A stretch of 64,000 bases of DNA, from NCBI GenBank assembly GCA_016188215.1, contig JACPIF010000010.1:43174-107173 (forward strand). The letters are read 5' to 3'. Below, piece after piece: positions 21,570-32,099 of the stretch; within the stretch, counting starts at the first letter, position 1, and each line of letters starts with the position of its first letter. The position numbers and the translations under genes were made by a program. This DNA is from Candidatus Woesearchaeota archaeon (GTDB taxonomy: Archaea; Nanobdellota; Nanobdellia; Woesearchaeales; JACPIF01). Below the pieces are notes generated by a model. That model was not told the origin of the DNA, searched no databases, and saw nothing but the letters and a program-made list of their open reading frames with translations.

Positions 21570-21718
21570 TAATAGTAAAGTGCAGAAATAATGGAACTTA
21601 TATATAAAGCACTTTACTATTCTAGCAAATCTCGCAAATCACAGAAACACCTTGTGTTTCTGGGACAAGGAAACCAAAAGTTTCCTATGAGTTCAATAAT
21701 TAACGAGATTTGCTATAA
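21570..21718 (+). repeat. 149-bp repeat, copy 1 (inverted partner at 48081-48228)
   Basis: The reverse complement of 48081-48228 matches 21570-21718 except for one 1-nt indel (tatatataaagc vs tatatataagc). The repeat contains internal hairpins agaaacac/gtgtttct and ggaaac-caaaa-gtttcc. Confidence 0.85.
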
Positions 21719-21891
21719 GAACAGAGGTAGCAGTTTACTTTAGCGCATGCTGTATTATTCCCAGATTGCAGCTTTTATGCTTACTGCACCATTCTTCACA
21801 CTTCTCTGCCCATGCCTTGTCTGCATACGCAAACCCGCACTCTTTGCAGATAAAGGATTTCATGCTCTAACAATGACCTTACACTATAAAA

Positions 21892-22359
21892 ATGTTTTTA
21901 AACACAACTATACCTCCTTTCTATATGGTAGACTGGAATGTGATTAGGTATATTACCGATAAGATTGGGCAAGGTGAGCAGCCCGCAGCCATTAAGCAGC
22001 AGCTTGTAGCAAATGGCTATGACATGAAGCTCATCAATGAGTCATTTACCCAGGCGATCCCATGGCTCAAGCAGGAGGATGCAGATAAAATTAAGGCTAT
22101 GCAGGCAGCAGATAAGCCAGTAGTTCAGCCGCCAGCCCAGCCAGCCCAAAGCGCTCAGCAGGCCCCAAAGCCGGTTGAGCAGTCTACTCAACCTCAATCA
22201 GCACCAAACCCACAGCCTGTTGCAGAACCTACAGTTAGCCAGACAGTTCAAGGGCAGGAAGAGCCAAAGCAAAAATTAAAAATCAAGAAATCCTGGGTAT
22301 ATACCTCAATTGCAGCAGTTGTTATAGCTATAGTTGCACTGTATGCCCTTCTGCGCTAA
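21892..22359 (+). CDS. Pro/Gln-rich protein with C-terminal TM anchor
   Basis: The product has low-complexity PAQPAQSAQQAPKP and a C-terminal hydrophobic helix. Confidence 0.4.
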   Translation: MFLNTTIPPFYMVDWNVIRYITDKIGQGEQPAAIKQQLVANGYDMKLINESFTQAIPWLKQEDADKIKAMQAADKPVVQPPAQPAQSAQQAPKPVEQSTQPQSAPNPQPVAEPTVSQTVQGQEEPKQKLKIKKSWVYTSIAAVVIAIVALYALLR

Positions 22360-22410
22360 ATTTTCAAGGTTGCCATAATCTTTAAAAACACCTCAAAAAT
22401 CTACATCCTT

Positions 22411-22692
22411 ATGACACTTGCTGACATAGCAGGACTACCTACATCTTTGATGCCGGCAGTTGAGCTTAGAAATATACATTTCTATGAAGAAAGATCCTTA
22501 TATGATGAGGCTATCTTAAGAAAACTGCAGGAAGGCCTGCGCGACAAAAGAGATGCATTGTACAGGGCTGTTGAAATGTCACAACATGGCCCAGCCAAGG
22601 AATTTCTGCTGCATAGGGCTGCATCCTGTGTTGTTGTGCTTATGGATATCAAACAAGCCTTAAATGCCAAGGCTCATGGGGCGTATTCATAA
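22411..22692 (+). CDS. hypothetical protein
   Basis: The ORF is 93 aa with no family recognised. Confidence 0.3.
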   Translation: MTLADIAGLPTSLMPAVELRNIHFYEERSLYDEAILRKLQEGLRDKRDALYRAVEMSQHGPAKEFLLHRAASCVVVLMDIKQALNAKAHGAYS

Positions 22693-22724
22693 TCTTTTTA
22701 TAGTTTCATTCACATAATGAAAGC

Positions 22725-23714
22725 ATGAACATAATTAGAACCCTTGCTGGCAGGTCTCCAGAGCTGAATGGCGTCGTAGCATGGATAAATTCCAAGCCCC
22801 TGTTCCTCAGGAACCTTCATGGCAAGGTAGTATTGATAGATTTCTGGACATACAGCTGCGTTAATTGCTTAAATACAATCCCGCATATGAAGGCATTGCA
22901 TAAAAAATATGCAAAGCATGGGCTTGTTATCATTGGAGTGCACACCCCTGAATTCACATTTGAGAAAAATACGGATAATGTAAAGGCTGCTGTCAAGCGA
23001 TTAGGCATTGAATACCCTGTGGTGGTTGATTCTGAGCTTGAGGTGTGGAATGCATTTGGCAACAGCTATTGGCCAAGGCAATACCTGATCAATAAGGAAG
23101 GTAAGATAATATATGACCACGTAGGTGAAGGGGGTTATGAGGAAATAGAACGGAATGTGAGAAAGGCGCTTGCTGAAGCCGGCGCCAATTTAAATAGGGA
23201 AGCGCAGATTGCAGCCCCTAAAGAAAAAAGCAGGGCAAAGGGATTCCTGTTCATTACGCCAGAGATTTATCTGGGATATGCGCGCAGCAAAGGGTTTGGC
23301 AATGCCAAAGTATGCATTCCCGGAAGCTGTGAGCATTATGTTGATGCAAAGGAGCACGTTGAGCATATCCCTTACCTCCATGGCGACTGGGCGCAGCACA
23401 AGGAATTCTTGGGCCACGAAAAGGGAGAATCTGGCTATATCGCATTAAAATATGTGGCAAGGAAAGCAAACATTGTACTCGGCTCTGCATCAGGAAAGCC
23501 TTACACTATGGCTGTTACCCTTGACGGCAAGCCTGTCCCTAAAAATATGGCTGGAAGCGATATAAAAAGGGATGATAAAACTGGTGCAACCTACATACTG
23601 GTTGACAGGCCGGACATGTACAACCTTACCAGCATCCCGGAATTTGAGAAACATGAGTTAAGGCTTATTACAAATAGTGATGATTGTGCAGCTTATACAT
23701 TTACTTTCAGCTAA
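22725..23714 (+). CDS. thioredoxin-like protein, DipZ-C-type (CxxC = CVNC), soluble paralog of 9943-11052
   Basis: DFWTYSCVNCLNTIPHM..IIGVHTPEFTFEK..YWPRQYLIN is collinear with 9943-11052, including the C-terminal AYTFTF(S/G) end. No TM segment is present. Confidence 0.7.
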   Translation: MNIIRTLAGRSPELNGVVAWINSKPLFLRNLHGKVVLIDFWTYSCVNCLNTIPHMKALHKKYAKHGLVIIGVHTPEFTFEKNTDNVKAAVKRLGIEYPVVVDSELEVWNAFGNSYWPRQYLINKEGKIIYDHVGEGGYEEIERNVRKALAEAGANLNREAQIAAPKEKSRAKGFLFITPEIYLGYARSKGFGNAKVCIPGSCEHYVDAKEHVEHIPYLHGDWAQHKEFLGHEKGESGYIALKYVARKANIVLGSASGKPYTMAVTLDGKPVPKNMAGSDIKRDDKTGATYILVDRPDMYNLTSIPEFEKHELRLITNSDDCAAYTFTFS

Positions 23715-24296
23715 TCATTTCTTGCTGAATATCCGCGCGTTATTGGTTACGCTGGCAAGCTGCCGGTCAATATCTTCCTGGCTGCCTTCACCATATGTAA
23801 CTAATATCTTGTCAAGGTCAAAGAACTCATAATCCTTGTAATTATCTATGAGCATCCCGTTGACGTACACCCTCAGCTTCTTAGTGGTTGTGTCGCACAG
23901 CTTCCTGCTTTCAAAAGTAATGCAATTCCCTTCAAAGGCAAATCCAAGGGTGCTCAAAAAATAGCCTATTGTTACACCTGTTGCATGCTTATGTAGCACA
24001 TCCCCTCTACCCTCTTCAAGGTGTACAAATTTATCAGTAAGCTGGTATCTCAGTTGGGACAAGTCAAGTTGAGTTCCATCAACATATATTGCAATATCCG
24101 CATGCTCATGCACGCTCCCAAGCTGACCAACTTTCTGGTGATTAATGAATTCAGGGCGCGGATAATCAGGAAGGGGTTTCCTGAGATGCTCCGGCAGCTG
24201 CTCCTCATTGTCTGTGAACTGTTTATACAGGACAATAATGAAAAGCAATACAATTGCAGCCCCTCCTATGTACAAATAGATTCTCTTGGTTTTCAT
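23715..24296 (-). CDS. membrane-anchored His-rich protein, unknown function
   Basis: There is an N-terminal TM segment, and HEHADIAIYVDG..HLEEGRGDVLHKH suggests metal ligands. Confidence 0.4.
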   Translation of the reverse strand: MKTKRIYLYIGGAAIVLLFIIVLYKQFTDNEEQLPEHLRKPLPDYPRPEFINHQKVGQLGSVHEHADIAIYVDGTQLDLSQLRYQLTDKFVHLEEGRGDVLHKHATGVTIGYFLSTLGFAFEGNCITFESRKLCDTTTKKLRVYVNGMLIDNYKDYEFFDLDKILVTYGEGSQEDIDRQLASVTNNARIFSKK

Positions 24297-25246
24297 GGCG
24301 TGTCCAGCTCTTCTACAACTTTAATCAGATACAACCGTGCAAATGCCAGTGCAGGGATAACAAGCACAAAACCAAGTACAAGTGCAAGCCATTGATTTGC
24401 TGATCCTACAAGCTGAAGCAAGTAGTTTATTGTTATAAAGATTCCTGTCAATATCAAGAATAATGGAAGAAGATACTGGATATTTAGAACTCCTAATGAA
24501 AATGAGCTGCGGTATGTCCCCCAGTCCCTGTATTTCCCGAGCAGCCCGTAGGAGATAAAGGCAAAATATGACAATACAATCAGGTATACGAACAGCGACC
24601 AGTACACAAGAGCAGCGCTGCTTGGCTGGTTCAGCCTTAAAGCACGCTGTGCAATATATCCATAAACAATGTTAGTACCATAATAGAGCAGGAATAATAT
24701 GTACCACAAAATGTTAATCCTGAAGAATTGCCATAAGAATTTGTAGAATGCTAACCCCTTATTAGCTTGTTTCTTTGCAATAAACCATGCAATTCCCTGG
24801 AAAAAGCAGTATAAAAAATAAGCTATTAATGATAGTATCAACAGCAGCAACAAAAAGTTCCTTAAGTAATATCCTGTCGGATCCCCTGCGAATGCGCCTA
24901 TTATGCCTTTTGTCGGCACAAGCTCGCTTATCTCAGCATGGCGGTCTTGGGCAACATAGGCAATTGCCTGCACATGCTCAAGTATCTTTATCCAGATTGG
25001 GGCTGTGATGAAGCCGTATATGAGGAAAAACAGCATATCAAATATTCCCGGCAGCAGGATGTAAGATTTATGCGCAGCCATATGCCCAAGCGTTTCCCTG
25101 AATTTCCGGACTAGGATGAAATTAGATACTTCACTATTTTCCTGCTTTATACTCTTTTTCATGGGGTAGGAAGCGCCGCCGGGTATGGGAAAACGTATCC
25201 TATGAGCATTGAGAATAGCAGTATCAACAGTAGAATTACTAGGCAT
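24293..25246 (-). CDS. polytopic membrane protein, unknown function
   Basis: About 8 hydrophobic helices are predicted. The gene is translationally coupled (4-nt overlap) to 23715-24296. Confidence 0.45.
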   Translation of the reverse strand: MPSNSTVDTAILNAHRIRFPIPGGASYPMKKSIKQENSEVSNFILVRKFRETLGHMAAHKSYILLPGIFDMLFFLIYGFITAPIWIKILEHVQAIAYVAQDRHAEISELVPTKGIIGAFAGDPTGYYLRNFLLLLLILSLIAYFLYCFFQGIAWFIAKKQANKGLAFYKFLWQFFRINILWYILFLLYYGTNIVYGYIAQRALRLNQPSSAALVYWSLFVYLIVLSYFAFISYGLLGKYRDWGTYRSSFSLGVLNIQYLLPLFLILTGIFITINYLLQLVGSANQWLALVLGFVLVIPALAFARLYLIKVVEELDTP

Positions 25247-25267
25247 ATCGCCAAAGTGAATACATCC

Positions 25268-26059
25268 TTACTTATTTTCATGATTCCTCTTTAACCGGTA
25301 CAGCATGATAGCTCCGCCCACAAACATGGGAAAAGTGAGCAGCTGACCCATGGTAAAGTAGCCCAAGAAGAAGCCAAGCTGTGAATCCGGCTCTTTCACA
25401 AATTCTATCAGGAACCGCAGAAGGCCGTACATTGTGACAAAGCTCCAGAACAGGAACCCGTCCGGAAGCATCTTATCTTTGATCTTCCATAAGGTTGCAA
25501 AGATGGCAAGATTCTTTAGCGATTCATATAACTGGCTGGGATGCCTGAATCCTTCTGCATCCGGAAATTTCACGCCCCAGGGCATCTCAGTTACCCTGCC
25601 GTATACCTCTCCATTGAGGAAATTGCCTATCCTTCCGAGAGCAAGGCCGATGGCAGCAGGTATCACTGCTATATCAGCAAGCTTATAGAAGCTGATCTTC
25701 TTTTTCCTGCAGAAATACCAGCCTGCAAGCGCCGCTCCCGCTAATCCGCCATGGAACGACAATCCGCCATGCCACACCGCAACCATCTCCAGGGGATTCT
25801 GGAGGTAATATTGAAGGTTGTAGAAAACAATGTAAAATACCCTTGCCCCTGCCACCACACCTACCAGGATGTACAGGATAAGGTCGGCTGCATCATCATC
25901 AGTAATGCCCAGCTTTCGCTGCTTAGCCAGGTATCTTATCATGAAATACGCTATGATGAATGAGAGCATGTAGAGCATGCCGTAATACCGTATCTCAAAG
26001 TTCGCGCCAAAGAGCGTGAAATCAAACAGTGTAGGATTTATGTTATGGATAAATACCAT
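25268..26059 (-). CDS. lgt: prolipoprotein diacylglyceryl transferase
   Basis: GANFEIRYYGMLYMLSFI..AGARVFY..ALGRIGNFLNGEVYGRVT..RHPSQLYESL are the Lgt signature motifs. Start is placed at the internal ATG 26057-26059. Confidence 0.7.
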   Translation of the reverse strand: MVFIHNINPTLFDFTLFGANFEIRYYGMLYMLSFIIAYFMIRYLAKQRKLGITDDDAADLILYILVGVVAGARVFYIVFYNLQYYLQNPLEMVAVWHGGLSFHGGLAGAALAGWYFCRKKKISFYKLADIAVIPAAIGLALGRIGNFLNGEVYGRVTEMPWGVKFPDAEGFRHPSQLYESLKNLAIFATLWKIKDKMLPDGFLFWSFVTMYGLLRFLIEFVKEPDSQLGFFLGYFTMGQLLTFPMFVGGAIMLYRLKRNHENK

Positions 26060-26182
26060 CTTGGAACACAAAAATCCGCTGGCATTTAAAGCTTGCGGAA
26101 GCTTGTCTCCATTGACAGAATATAAGTTTTCAGACAAAGAAATGCACCAACCTTTAAAAAGACCCGTTTTATTGATGGCCAC

Positions 26183-27001
26183 ATGGTCAATTATAGTGCA
26201 GAACTTATGGAATTTTACAGGATGAGCAGCCAGGTTAGCGGAATAGCAGCTGCCATTAAAGAAATGGAACCAAGGCTTCCTCCTGATCATACATTTGTAG
26301 ACATAGGGGCGCATTCCGGCCTTCTTACGAAAGAAATAATCAGACATTTGAATCCGGCAGCCGCGTATGCTTGTGAACCCCTACCAGACCCATATCAGAC
26401 CTTGCGGCGAAGAAGATATCATAAAGAAACATCTGTCACTGTTGATAATCTTGATTTTGCAGGGTGGTACAGGAAGCATGGAAGCAGGCTGGAAGGAAAG
26501 GTAGACCTGCTGCTGAACTCGCACACATTCTGCCATTACCCGCAACGTAGCTGGGAGGGTGTATTTGAAAAATGCAGCGGCTTGCTAAGCCAAGCTGGCT
26601 TGCATATTATTATAATAGACGCTGAGCAGAATCCGCTCGCCTTGCTGAAGCCTGAAGTTGAGAAAAAGCTGAAAGGAATCCGAAAAGTTCCAGTATATGG
26701 CAATTTTGTAACCGGCTACGACATTGAGCAATTTCTCAAGGCACGAAACATTGCCTATGAGCGTGGGGGTATTGAAAAGCCAATCACAATAAAATTGAGC
26801 GATGACTCGGAGAGGCAATTTGCAAGATTGCTCGGTTTCTTATTTAGATACAGGGCAGAGGACGTGATGCACTATGCAGACCCCCTTATAAAGAAACATC
26901 TTAACCGGTACGGTCCCTTCAGGACATCATTTGGAGTGAAATCACAGCCTGTCTTTCAGATTCCGCGAGTGCAAGACGTATTTTTATTAGGGAAATCTTA
27001 G
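26183..27001 (+). CDS. putative SAM-dependent methyltransferase (FkbM-like)
   Basis: The glycine-rich motif I is VDIGAHSGLLTKEI. The call is weak. Confidence 0.4.
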   Translation: MVNYSAELMEFYRMSSQVSGIAAAIKEMEPRLPPDHTFVDIGAHSGLLTKEIIRHLNPAAAYACEPLPDPYQTLRRRRYHKETSVTVDNLDFAGWYRKHGSRLEGKVDLLLNSHTFCHYPQRSWEGVFEKCSGLLSQAGLHIIIIDAEQNPLALLKPEVEKKLKGIRKVPVYGNFVTGYDIEQFLKARNIAYERGGIEKPITIKLSDDSERQFARLLGFLFRYRAEDVMHYADPLIKKHLNRYGPFRTSFGVKSQPVFQIPRVQDVFLLGKS

Positions 27002-27078
27002 CTTCTGTATCTCTACCCCCTACATAACACAGCAGCTGTGGAAAAGCTTTAATAGAATGCTGTTATTCTGAAGCCGGT

Positions 27079-27378
27079 ATGAAAAGAACTATTGATGCCA
27101 AAGTTTTAGAAGGGAATTCCGCTGTATTGGAAGCGCTTTCTTTTGCCTATAGGCTGGAAAGATGCACTCTTGACGATTTTCAAAGTAGGGGATTGTCAGT
27201 AGGTGCAAGAGCATTATTGGATAAGGGATATCTAAGAAGAGAATCTGGAGAGGACACAGCAGCTGAAGGAGGCGTTATTATTACAGATACTGGAAAAAGA
27301 TTATACGAGCAAGCACTTAAATATGCCGCCACTGTTCTCAAACTAGACACTAGTACGCCACAAACTTCTCCACCTTGA
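27079..27378 (+). CDS. hypothetical protein
   Basis: The ORF is 99 aa with no family recognised. Confidence 0.3.
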   Translation: MKRTIDAKVLEGNSAVLEALSFAYRLERCTLDDFQSRGLSVGARALLDKGYLRRESGEDTAAEGGVIITDTGKRLYEQALKYAATVLKLDTSTPQTSPP

Positions 27379-27413
27379 TCAGTTCCGGTTTGTGAACAAT
27401 ATTCTCTTAGCCA

Positions 27414-30029
27414 CTATATCTTGTGAGCCCTCATCAACAACGAATTCATCACGACACTCACAGAGCTGAAAGCCATGGCAGCTGCTGCTATCATCGGATT
27501 TAATAGGAATCCAAAGTATGGGAATAGAATGCCTGCGGCAATAGGTATCCCGACTATGTTATAGATAAAAGCCCAGAACAGGTTCTGCTTGATCTTCCTT
27601 ATAGTATACCTGCTCAGCTCAATTGCTTTTGGAACATCCCGCACATCATTCCTCATTAATACTATATTCCCGGTCTCAAGCGCAACGTCAGTCCCTGAGC
27701 CTACGGCAATACCTATATCTGCCGTGGCAAGCGCAGGAGCATCATTTATACCGTCACCTATCATTGCAACAACCTTGCCCTTTGCCTGCAGCTCTTTTAC
27801 CTTCTTTTCTTTCTCCTCAGGCAATACCTGTGCAAATACTTTATCTGCAGGGATGCCAAGCTGCCCGGCAATTGCCTCAGCTGTTTCCTTGTTGTCGCCG
27901 GTTATCATGTATACATCAATCTTCTTGCGCTGCAGCTCAGCTACAGCTTCCTTTGCGCCTTCAGTGATGGTGTCTGCAACCGCTATGACCCCTTCTGCCT
28001 TTCCGTCAAGCGCAGCAACAATCGTCGTCTTCCCCTGCTTTTGGAACTCGCTGATCTTTGCCTCAAGGAATGAAACATCAATCTTCTGCTCACGCAGGAA
28101 CTCAGGGTTGCCCAATACTGCCTTCTTTTTCTGGTAACTGCCTATGAGCCCTTTTCCGGGGACAGCCTTGAAATCCTTGAATTCCTTTCCTGCTATCCCC
28201 TTCTTTTTTGCATGATTCACAATAGCCTGCCCTATGGGATGCTCGGAGCCTTTTTCTGCTGACGCAGCTACCTCAAGCAGCCTGTTTTCATCTGCCACTG
28301 CAAATACGTCAGTTACCTCAGGCTTCCCCTTTGTCAGTGTTCCTGTCTTGTCAAATATGATTGCATTTAGCTTGTATGCAGTTTCAAGCGCTTCTCCACT
28401 CTTGATCAGGACGCCCTGCTCAGCCCCCTTTCCAGTGCCTACCATGATGGCAGTCGGCGTAGCTAATCCCAAGGCGCAAGGGCATGCTATGATTAGCACT
28501 GCAATGAAGACACTTAGTGAGAATACCAGCTTTCCAAGTTTTTCATATGCACCAAGCTGGTCTCCAGACAGCCATGCCTGCCCTAAAAAATACCATGCTG
28601 CGAATGAAAGCAATGCAATGACAATAACAACAGGGACAAAATACGCACTTACCCTGTCTGCAAGCCTCTGTATAGGAGCCTTACTGCCCTGCGCCTCTTC
28701 AACCAGTCTGATGATGTGAGCAAGTGTCGTATCCTTGCCAACTTTCTCTGCCCTGAATCTCAGAAGCCCATTCCCGTTTATAGTCCCGCCAAAAAGCCTG
28801 TCACCCGGCTTCTTATCAACAGGCTTTGATTCACCTGTCAGCATTGACTCGTCTGCATATGAAGTGCCCTCTGTGATGGTGCCATCCACCGGTATCCTTT
28901 CCCCGGGCCTCACAATGACAATGTCCCCCACTCTGATGTCATCAACCTCTATTGTTATCTCTTTGCCGTTTCGCAGCACTCTGGCTGTCTTCGGCTGCAG
29001 TTGCATCAGCTTCTTTATGGCAGCAGATGTCTTGCCCTTCGCCTTTGCCTCAATATATCTCCCTAAGATGATAAGGGTGGTGATGATGGCTGCTGTATCA
29101 TAATACACCCCAATGCTCCCCCGTGCAATAAAAAATTCAGGGAATAATGTAACCAGGGCACTGTACAGGTATGCAGCAGTAGTGCCTATGGCTATCAGCG
29201 TGTTCATGTCTGCAGTCCTGTTCTTTAATGCCACCCATGTTGAGCTGTAGAACTGCCATCCCACCCAGAATTGGACAGGAGCAGTCAGTATAAGCAATAC
29301 ATAAAGATTAGTCAGGAAATCAGGAACAAACGGGAAGAATTCAGGAAAGCTGCCGAGCAGGATAACGGTGGATAGGAGCGCTCCTATAATAAATTTCTTC
29401 TTCAACTCATACATCTCTCTATCCCGCGCCTGCTGCTCAAGGTCTGCTATATTCCCTGTTTCTTCTATTGGAGTGTAACCTGAGCCCTTTATTGCATTCT
29501 TTATTGCAGTCAGGTCTATATGGCTTGGGTCAAATTTTATCTCTGCCCTCTCATTTGCGTAGTTCAGGCTTACGTTTTGGATGCCGTCAAGTTTTTTCAG
29601 GGCTTTCTCAACAATCTCTACACAATGCGGCGAATGCATGCCGAGCACTTTGAGGCGCACAAACTCCGCTCTTTCGGATGTGGCAGGTTTGGGTGCAACA
29701 AGCGCTTTGTATCCTGTGCTGTTGATAGCCTTATAGACATCAGTTTCCTGAACTTTAGTAGGATCAAATGTGACGGTGGCGCGCTCAGTTCCATAATTGA
29801 CGCTGGCTGCCATAATCCCCGAAGTCTTCTTCAGGGCTTTCTCTACAGTCACGGCGCAGGATGCGCAATGCATGCCCCTTATTGGCACAATAATTGTTTT
29901 TTCCTTGCCGCTTTGTGAGGCATGAGTTAAATGGTTGATATTCAGCTCGCGCTTGGCTGCCTTTTTAGCCCTGACAGTATGCTTGGCATTCTTACCTTTG
30001 CTTTTACTTATATGCTTCTTTCCTGCCAT
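27414..30029 (-). CDS. copA: copper-translocating P1B-type ATPase
   Basis: Two N-terminal HMA domains are present ([15 protein letters not shown] and degenerate [15 protein letters not shown]). The core motifs are TGE (TGESKPV), CPC ([12 protein letters not shown]), DKTGTLT and [10 protein letters not shown]. Confidence 0.9.
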   Translation of the reverse strand: MAGKKHISKSKGKNAKHTVRAKKAAKRELNINHLTHASQSGKEKTIIVPIRGMHCASCAVTVEKALKKTSGIMAASVNYGTERATVTFDPTKVQETDVYKAINSTGYKALVAPKPATSERAEFVRLKVLGMHSPHCVEIVEKALKKLDGIQNVSLNYANERAEIKFDPSHIDLTAIKNAIKGSGYTPIEETGNIADLEQQARDREMYELKKKFIIGALLSTVILLGSFPEFFPFVPDFLTNLYVLLILTAPVQFWVGWQFYSSTWVALKNRTADMNTLIAIGTTAAYLYSALVTLFPEFFIARGSIGVYYDTAAIITTLIILGRYIEAKAKGKTSAAIKKLMQLQPKTARVLRNGKEITIEVDDIRVGDIVIVRPGERIPVDGTITEGTSYADESMLTGESKPVDKKPGDRLFGGTINGNGLLRFRAEKVGKDTTLAHIIRLVEEAQGSKAPIQRLADRVSAYFVPVVIVIALLSFAAWYFLGQAWLSGDQLGAYEKLGKLVFSLSVFIAVLIIACPCALGLATPTAIMVGTGKGAEQGVLIKSGEALETAYKLNAIIFDKTGTLTKGKPEVTDVFAVADENRLLEVAASAEKGSEHPIGQAIVNHAKKKGIAGKEFKDFKAVPGKGLIGSYQKKKAVLGNPEFLREQKIDVSFLEAKISEFQKQGKTTIVAALDGKAEGVIAVADTITEGAKEAVAELQRKKIDVYMITGDNKETAEAIAGQLGIPADKVFAQVLPEEKEKKVKELQAKGKVVAMIGDGINDAPALATADIGIAVGSGTDVALETGNIVLMRNDVRDVPKAIELSRYTIRKIKQNLFWAFIYNIVGIPIAAGILFPYFGFLLNPMIAAAAMAFSSVSVVMNSLLMRAHKI

Positions 30030-30030
30030 A

Positions 30031-30951
30031 TTACCTTAAGTCCCAGGCAAATTCCCTCCTATTGCCATGGTCAGATATTACAAGTTTAATAGACTTTGCC
30101 TGCTGGTTTATATCAGGAAAACTTAGGATGCCTTCCCTATGGTGGCCTCCAGGCGGGCTGCCTTCCCAGGAAACAGGCTGGTAAGCATCCTCCAAATCAT
30201 CGTAAAGGAGTGCAATCTTTGTGACATCAAAATCAAGCTCAACAGAATGTGTATTAATGCTTACCTTGAATTCAGAGGAGCTTACTGGCGTCACGGTAAA
30301 ATCAACATTATTCTGGCTGCTTGTCTGAGCTGCAGGGAACTTGTATGCAGCTTGTATCGGGGATGAGCCACCATCTTCCGAAAGGAAATAAAAAGAGGCA
30401 GCTACGGTAATAATTGAAGCAACAAGAAGCGCATAAAATATACTCTTAATCTTACGGCCTTTATCAATAGACCTGCTGCCCATTATGCTTGACATATAAA
30501 CTATGCCTAAAGCATTAGACAGCAGTCCAATCAGGAGGAAGGCAGTCTGGTATTTTGTAAAGAAGATGCCAAGGGCTGCGATGCCGAGGAAGGGAGCTAT
30601 ATCTGAAACATGGTGCGCACAGCACGCCACCATGGAGGTTGCTGAAGCGCCTGTTGAAACAGCAGCAGAGGCAGTGGCAGCCTTATGCATGGCATCACGC
30701 ATGTAGAAAAACATGCCCATCTGGACGCCGAACCCCACTGATAACGGAACCATCCAGTACCAAAGCGCCACGAAATTGTCTAATGCAAATTCTGCGCCGC
30801 CAAGCAGGGAGGCGACTATGAAGTAAAACATAAGCAGGGCTGCGCTTGCAGATATACCTATTATGAAGTATTTTTCTTTTGTTTCAGAAATCGAAGGTTT
30901 CTGAGACCCAGAACTTTGTTCTTTTGTTTCCGTATAAAAGGTTTTTTTCAT
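30031..30951 (-). CDS. membrane protein with CC..HH motif and soluble C-terminal domain (copper-operon partner)
   Basis: About 5 TM helices carry [17 protein letters not shown], and the tail ends PGGHHREG. The stop is 2 nt before the copA start. Confidence 0.5.
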   Translation of the reverse strand: MKKTFYTETKEQSSGSQKPSISETKEKYFIIGISASAALLMFYFIVASLLGGAEFALDNFVALWYWMVPLSVGFGVQMGMFFYMRDAMHKAATASAAVSTGASATSMVACCAHHVSDIAPFLGIAALGIFFTKYQTAFLLIGLLSNALGIVYMSSIMGSRSIDKGRKIKSIFYALLVASIITVAASFYFLSEDGGSSPIQAAYKFPAAQTSSQNNVDFTVTPVSSSEFKVSINTHSVELDFDVTKIALLYDDLEDAYQPVSWEGSPPGGHHREGILSFPDINQQAKSIKLVISDHGNRREFAWDLR

Positions 30952-31571
30952 TTTATTGCCTCAATAAAATCAATATTTCTTTTTGCTCTGGAGAGCCTAA
31001 TATTCCTAAACTTTGCCTGTTTAATAAAAAGAGGAATCTTGCCTTCATAATTATCTTTTCCTTCCTCAATATATAGCGGAATCCACATTAACATCGTCAT
31101 AAGTAGACCTTTTGGCTTTCCAAAATCAGTAACTATAAGCCTTCCTCCTTTCCTTAGGATCCTATACATTTCCCTGAATGCTGCAATTTTTTGAGGTGTC
31201 TTAAGGTGGTGAATCGCCAGAGTAGTTGTAATAACATCAAAGCTTTCATTAGGGAAAGGAAGCTTCTCAGCAGACCCATGAATGTATTTTATCTTTAAAT
31301 TGTTTTGGAGTGCTTTGCTCTTTGCTATACGCAATGCCTGCATATCAGGATCAAGGCCAGTAACTTCTAGATTGTGATATTTAGTCTTGTACAGCCTCGT
31401 CATTATACCTGTGCCGCATCCAATATCCAACAGCTTCCCTTTGCTTGGCAAAGCGGCTTTGCTTAGCAAATCTTTCCTGAACTTATCTCCAAGACCGATA
31501 ATGCTGCAGAGCAAGTCATAAAATCTTGTCAAAAAATGATATCTAAGGGGAGGGATATATCCATCTGCCAT
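30948..31571 (-). CDS. class I SAM-dependent methyltransferase (UbiE/Methyltransf_11-like)
   Basis: The motif LLDIGCGTGIMTRL..FDVITTTLAIHHL is present. The gene overlaps the downstream gene by 4 nt, indicating translational coupling inside the copper operon. Confidence 0.65.
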   Translation of the reverse strand: MADGYIPPLRYHFLTRFYDLLCSIIGLGDKFRKDLLSKAALPSKGKLLDIGCGTGIMTRLYKTKYHNLEVTGLDPDMQALRIAKSKALQNNLKIKYIHGSAEKLPFPNESFDVITTTLAIHHLKTPQKIAAFREMYRILRKGGRLIVTDFGKPKGLLMTMLMWIPLYIEEGKDNYEGKIPLFIKQAKFRNIRLSRAKRNIDFIEAIK

Positions 31572-31579
31572 TATATCAC

Positions 31580-31813
31580 CTAATGCCTATGCCCAGCTCC
31601 CTTACCATGGCGCATGCCGTACATCATCACCACATGCACCAGGATCATTGCACCAATTGCGATAAGCGTAAGCAGCGCATTATTCTTCCACCCAAAGTAC
31701 GGAGCTATTGCAAAAATAGCTATTGGAACTAGGCAGGCAAGCATCATAAGCCACATAGAATGGCCATGACCATCTGCAATGCCATATGTCTTCTTGGCAC
31801 TACCGGTTCCCAT
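31580..31813 (-). CDS. small His-rich membrane protein (DUF2933-like)
   Basis: GHGHSMWLMMLACLVPIAIF plus a His-rich tail (HGKGAGHRH) resembles the small proteins often found beside metal ATPases. Confidence 0.45.
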   Translation of the reverse strand: MGTGSAKKTYGIADGHGHSMWLMMLACLVPIAIFAIAPYFGWKNNALLTLIAIGAMILVHVVMMYGMRHGKGAGHRH

Positions 31814-32081
31814 AAGATCCCAGCCAGTTATAGATAAATGCAAATAAATATCCAGTGATTGCGGCCACTATAAACCATACGATCATGCCTGCAGCAATCC
31901 CTATAACGCTAAGGTTCTTTACTGCAATGCTGCCGATATCCACACTGTGGAACAGCATATTCGCTACACGTACAGTTGCCCCCAGCGGGAACACTGCAAC
32001 GAGCACCGCGCAGAGCAATGATATGCCTGCTGCCGTCGTGCCCAATGCAACCGCAGCAACATTCGGATTAAGTCGTTCCAT
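31800..32081 (-). CDS. small membrane protein (3 TM)
   Basis: This is the first gene of the copA-containing minus-strand operon. It is hydrophobic with no family recognised. Confidence 0.4.
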   Translation of the reverse strand: MERLNPNVAAVALGTTAAGISLLCAVLVAVFPLGATVRVANMLFHSVDIGSIAVKNLSVIGIAAGMIVWFIVAAITGYLFAFIYNWLGSYGNR

Positions 32082-32099
32082 TTTTATCTTCCTCCTTGC

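Noticed and set aside
27589-29103. Several 110-180-aa plus-strand ORFs (27589-28137, 27623-27967, 28234-28719, 28735-29103) opposite copA
   Set aside because: They are antisense to a strongly supported 871-aa P-type ATPase. Their products are Ser/Ala/Pro-rich low complexity, typical of spurious frames in GC-richer coding DNA.
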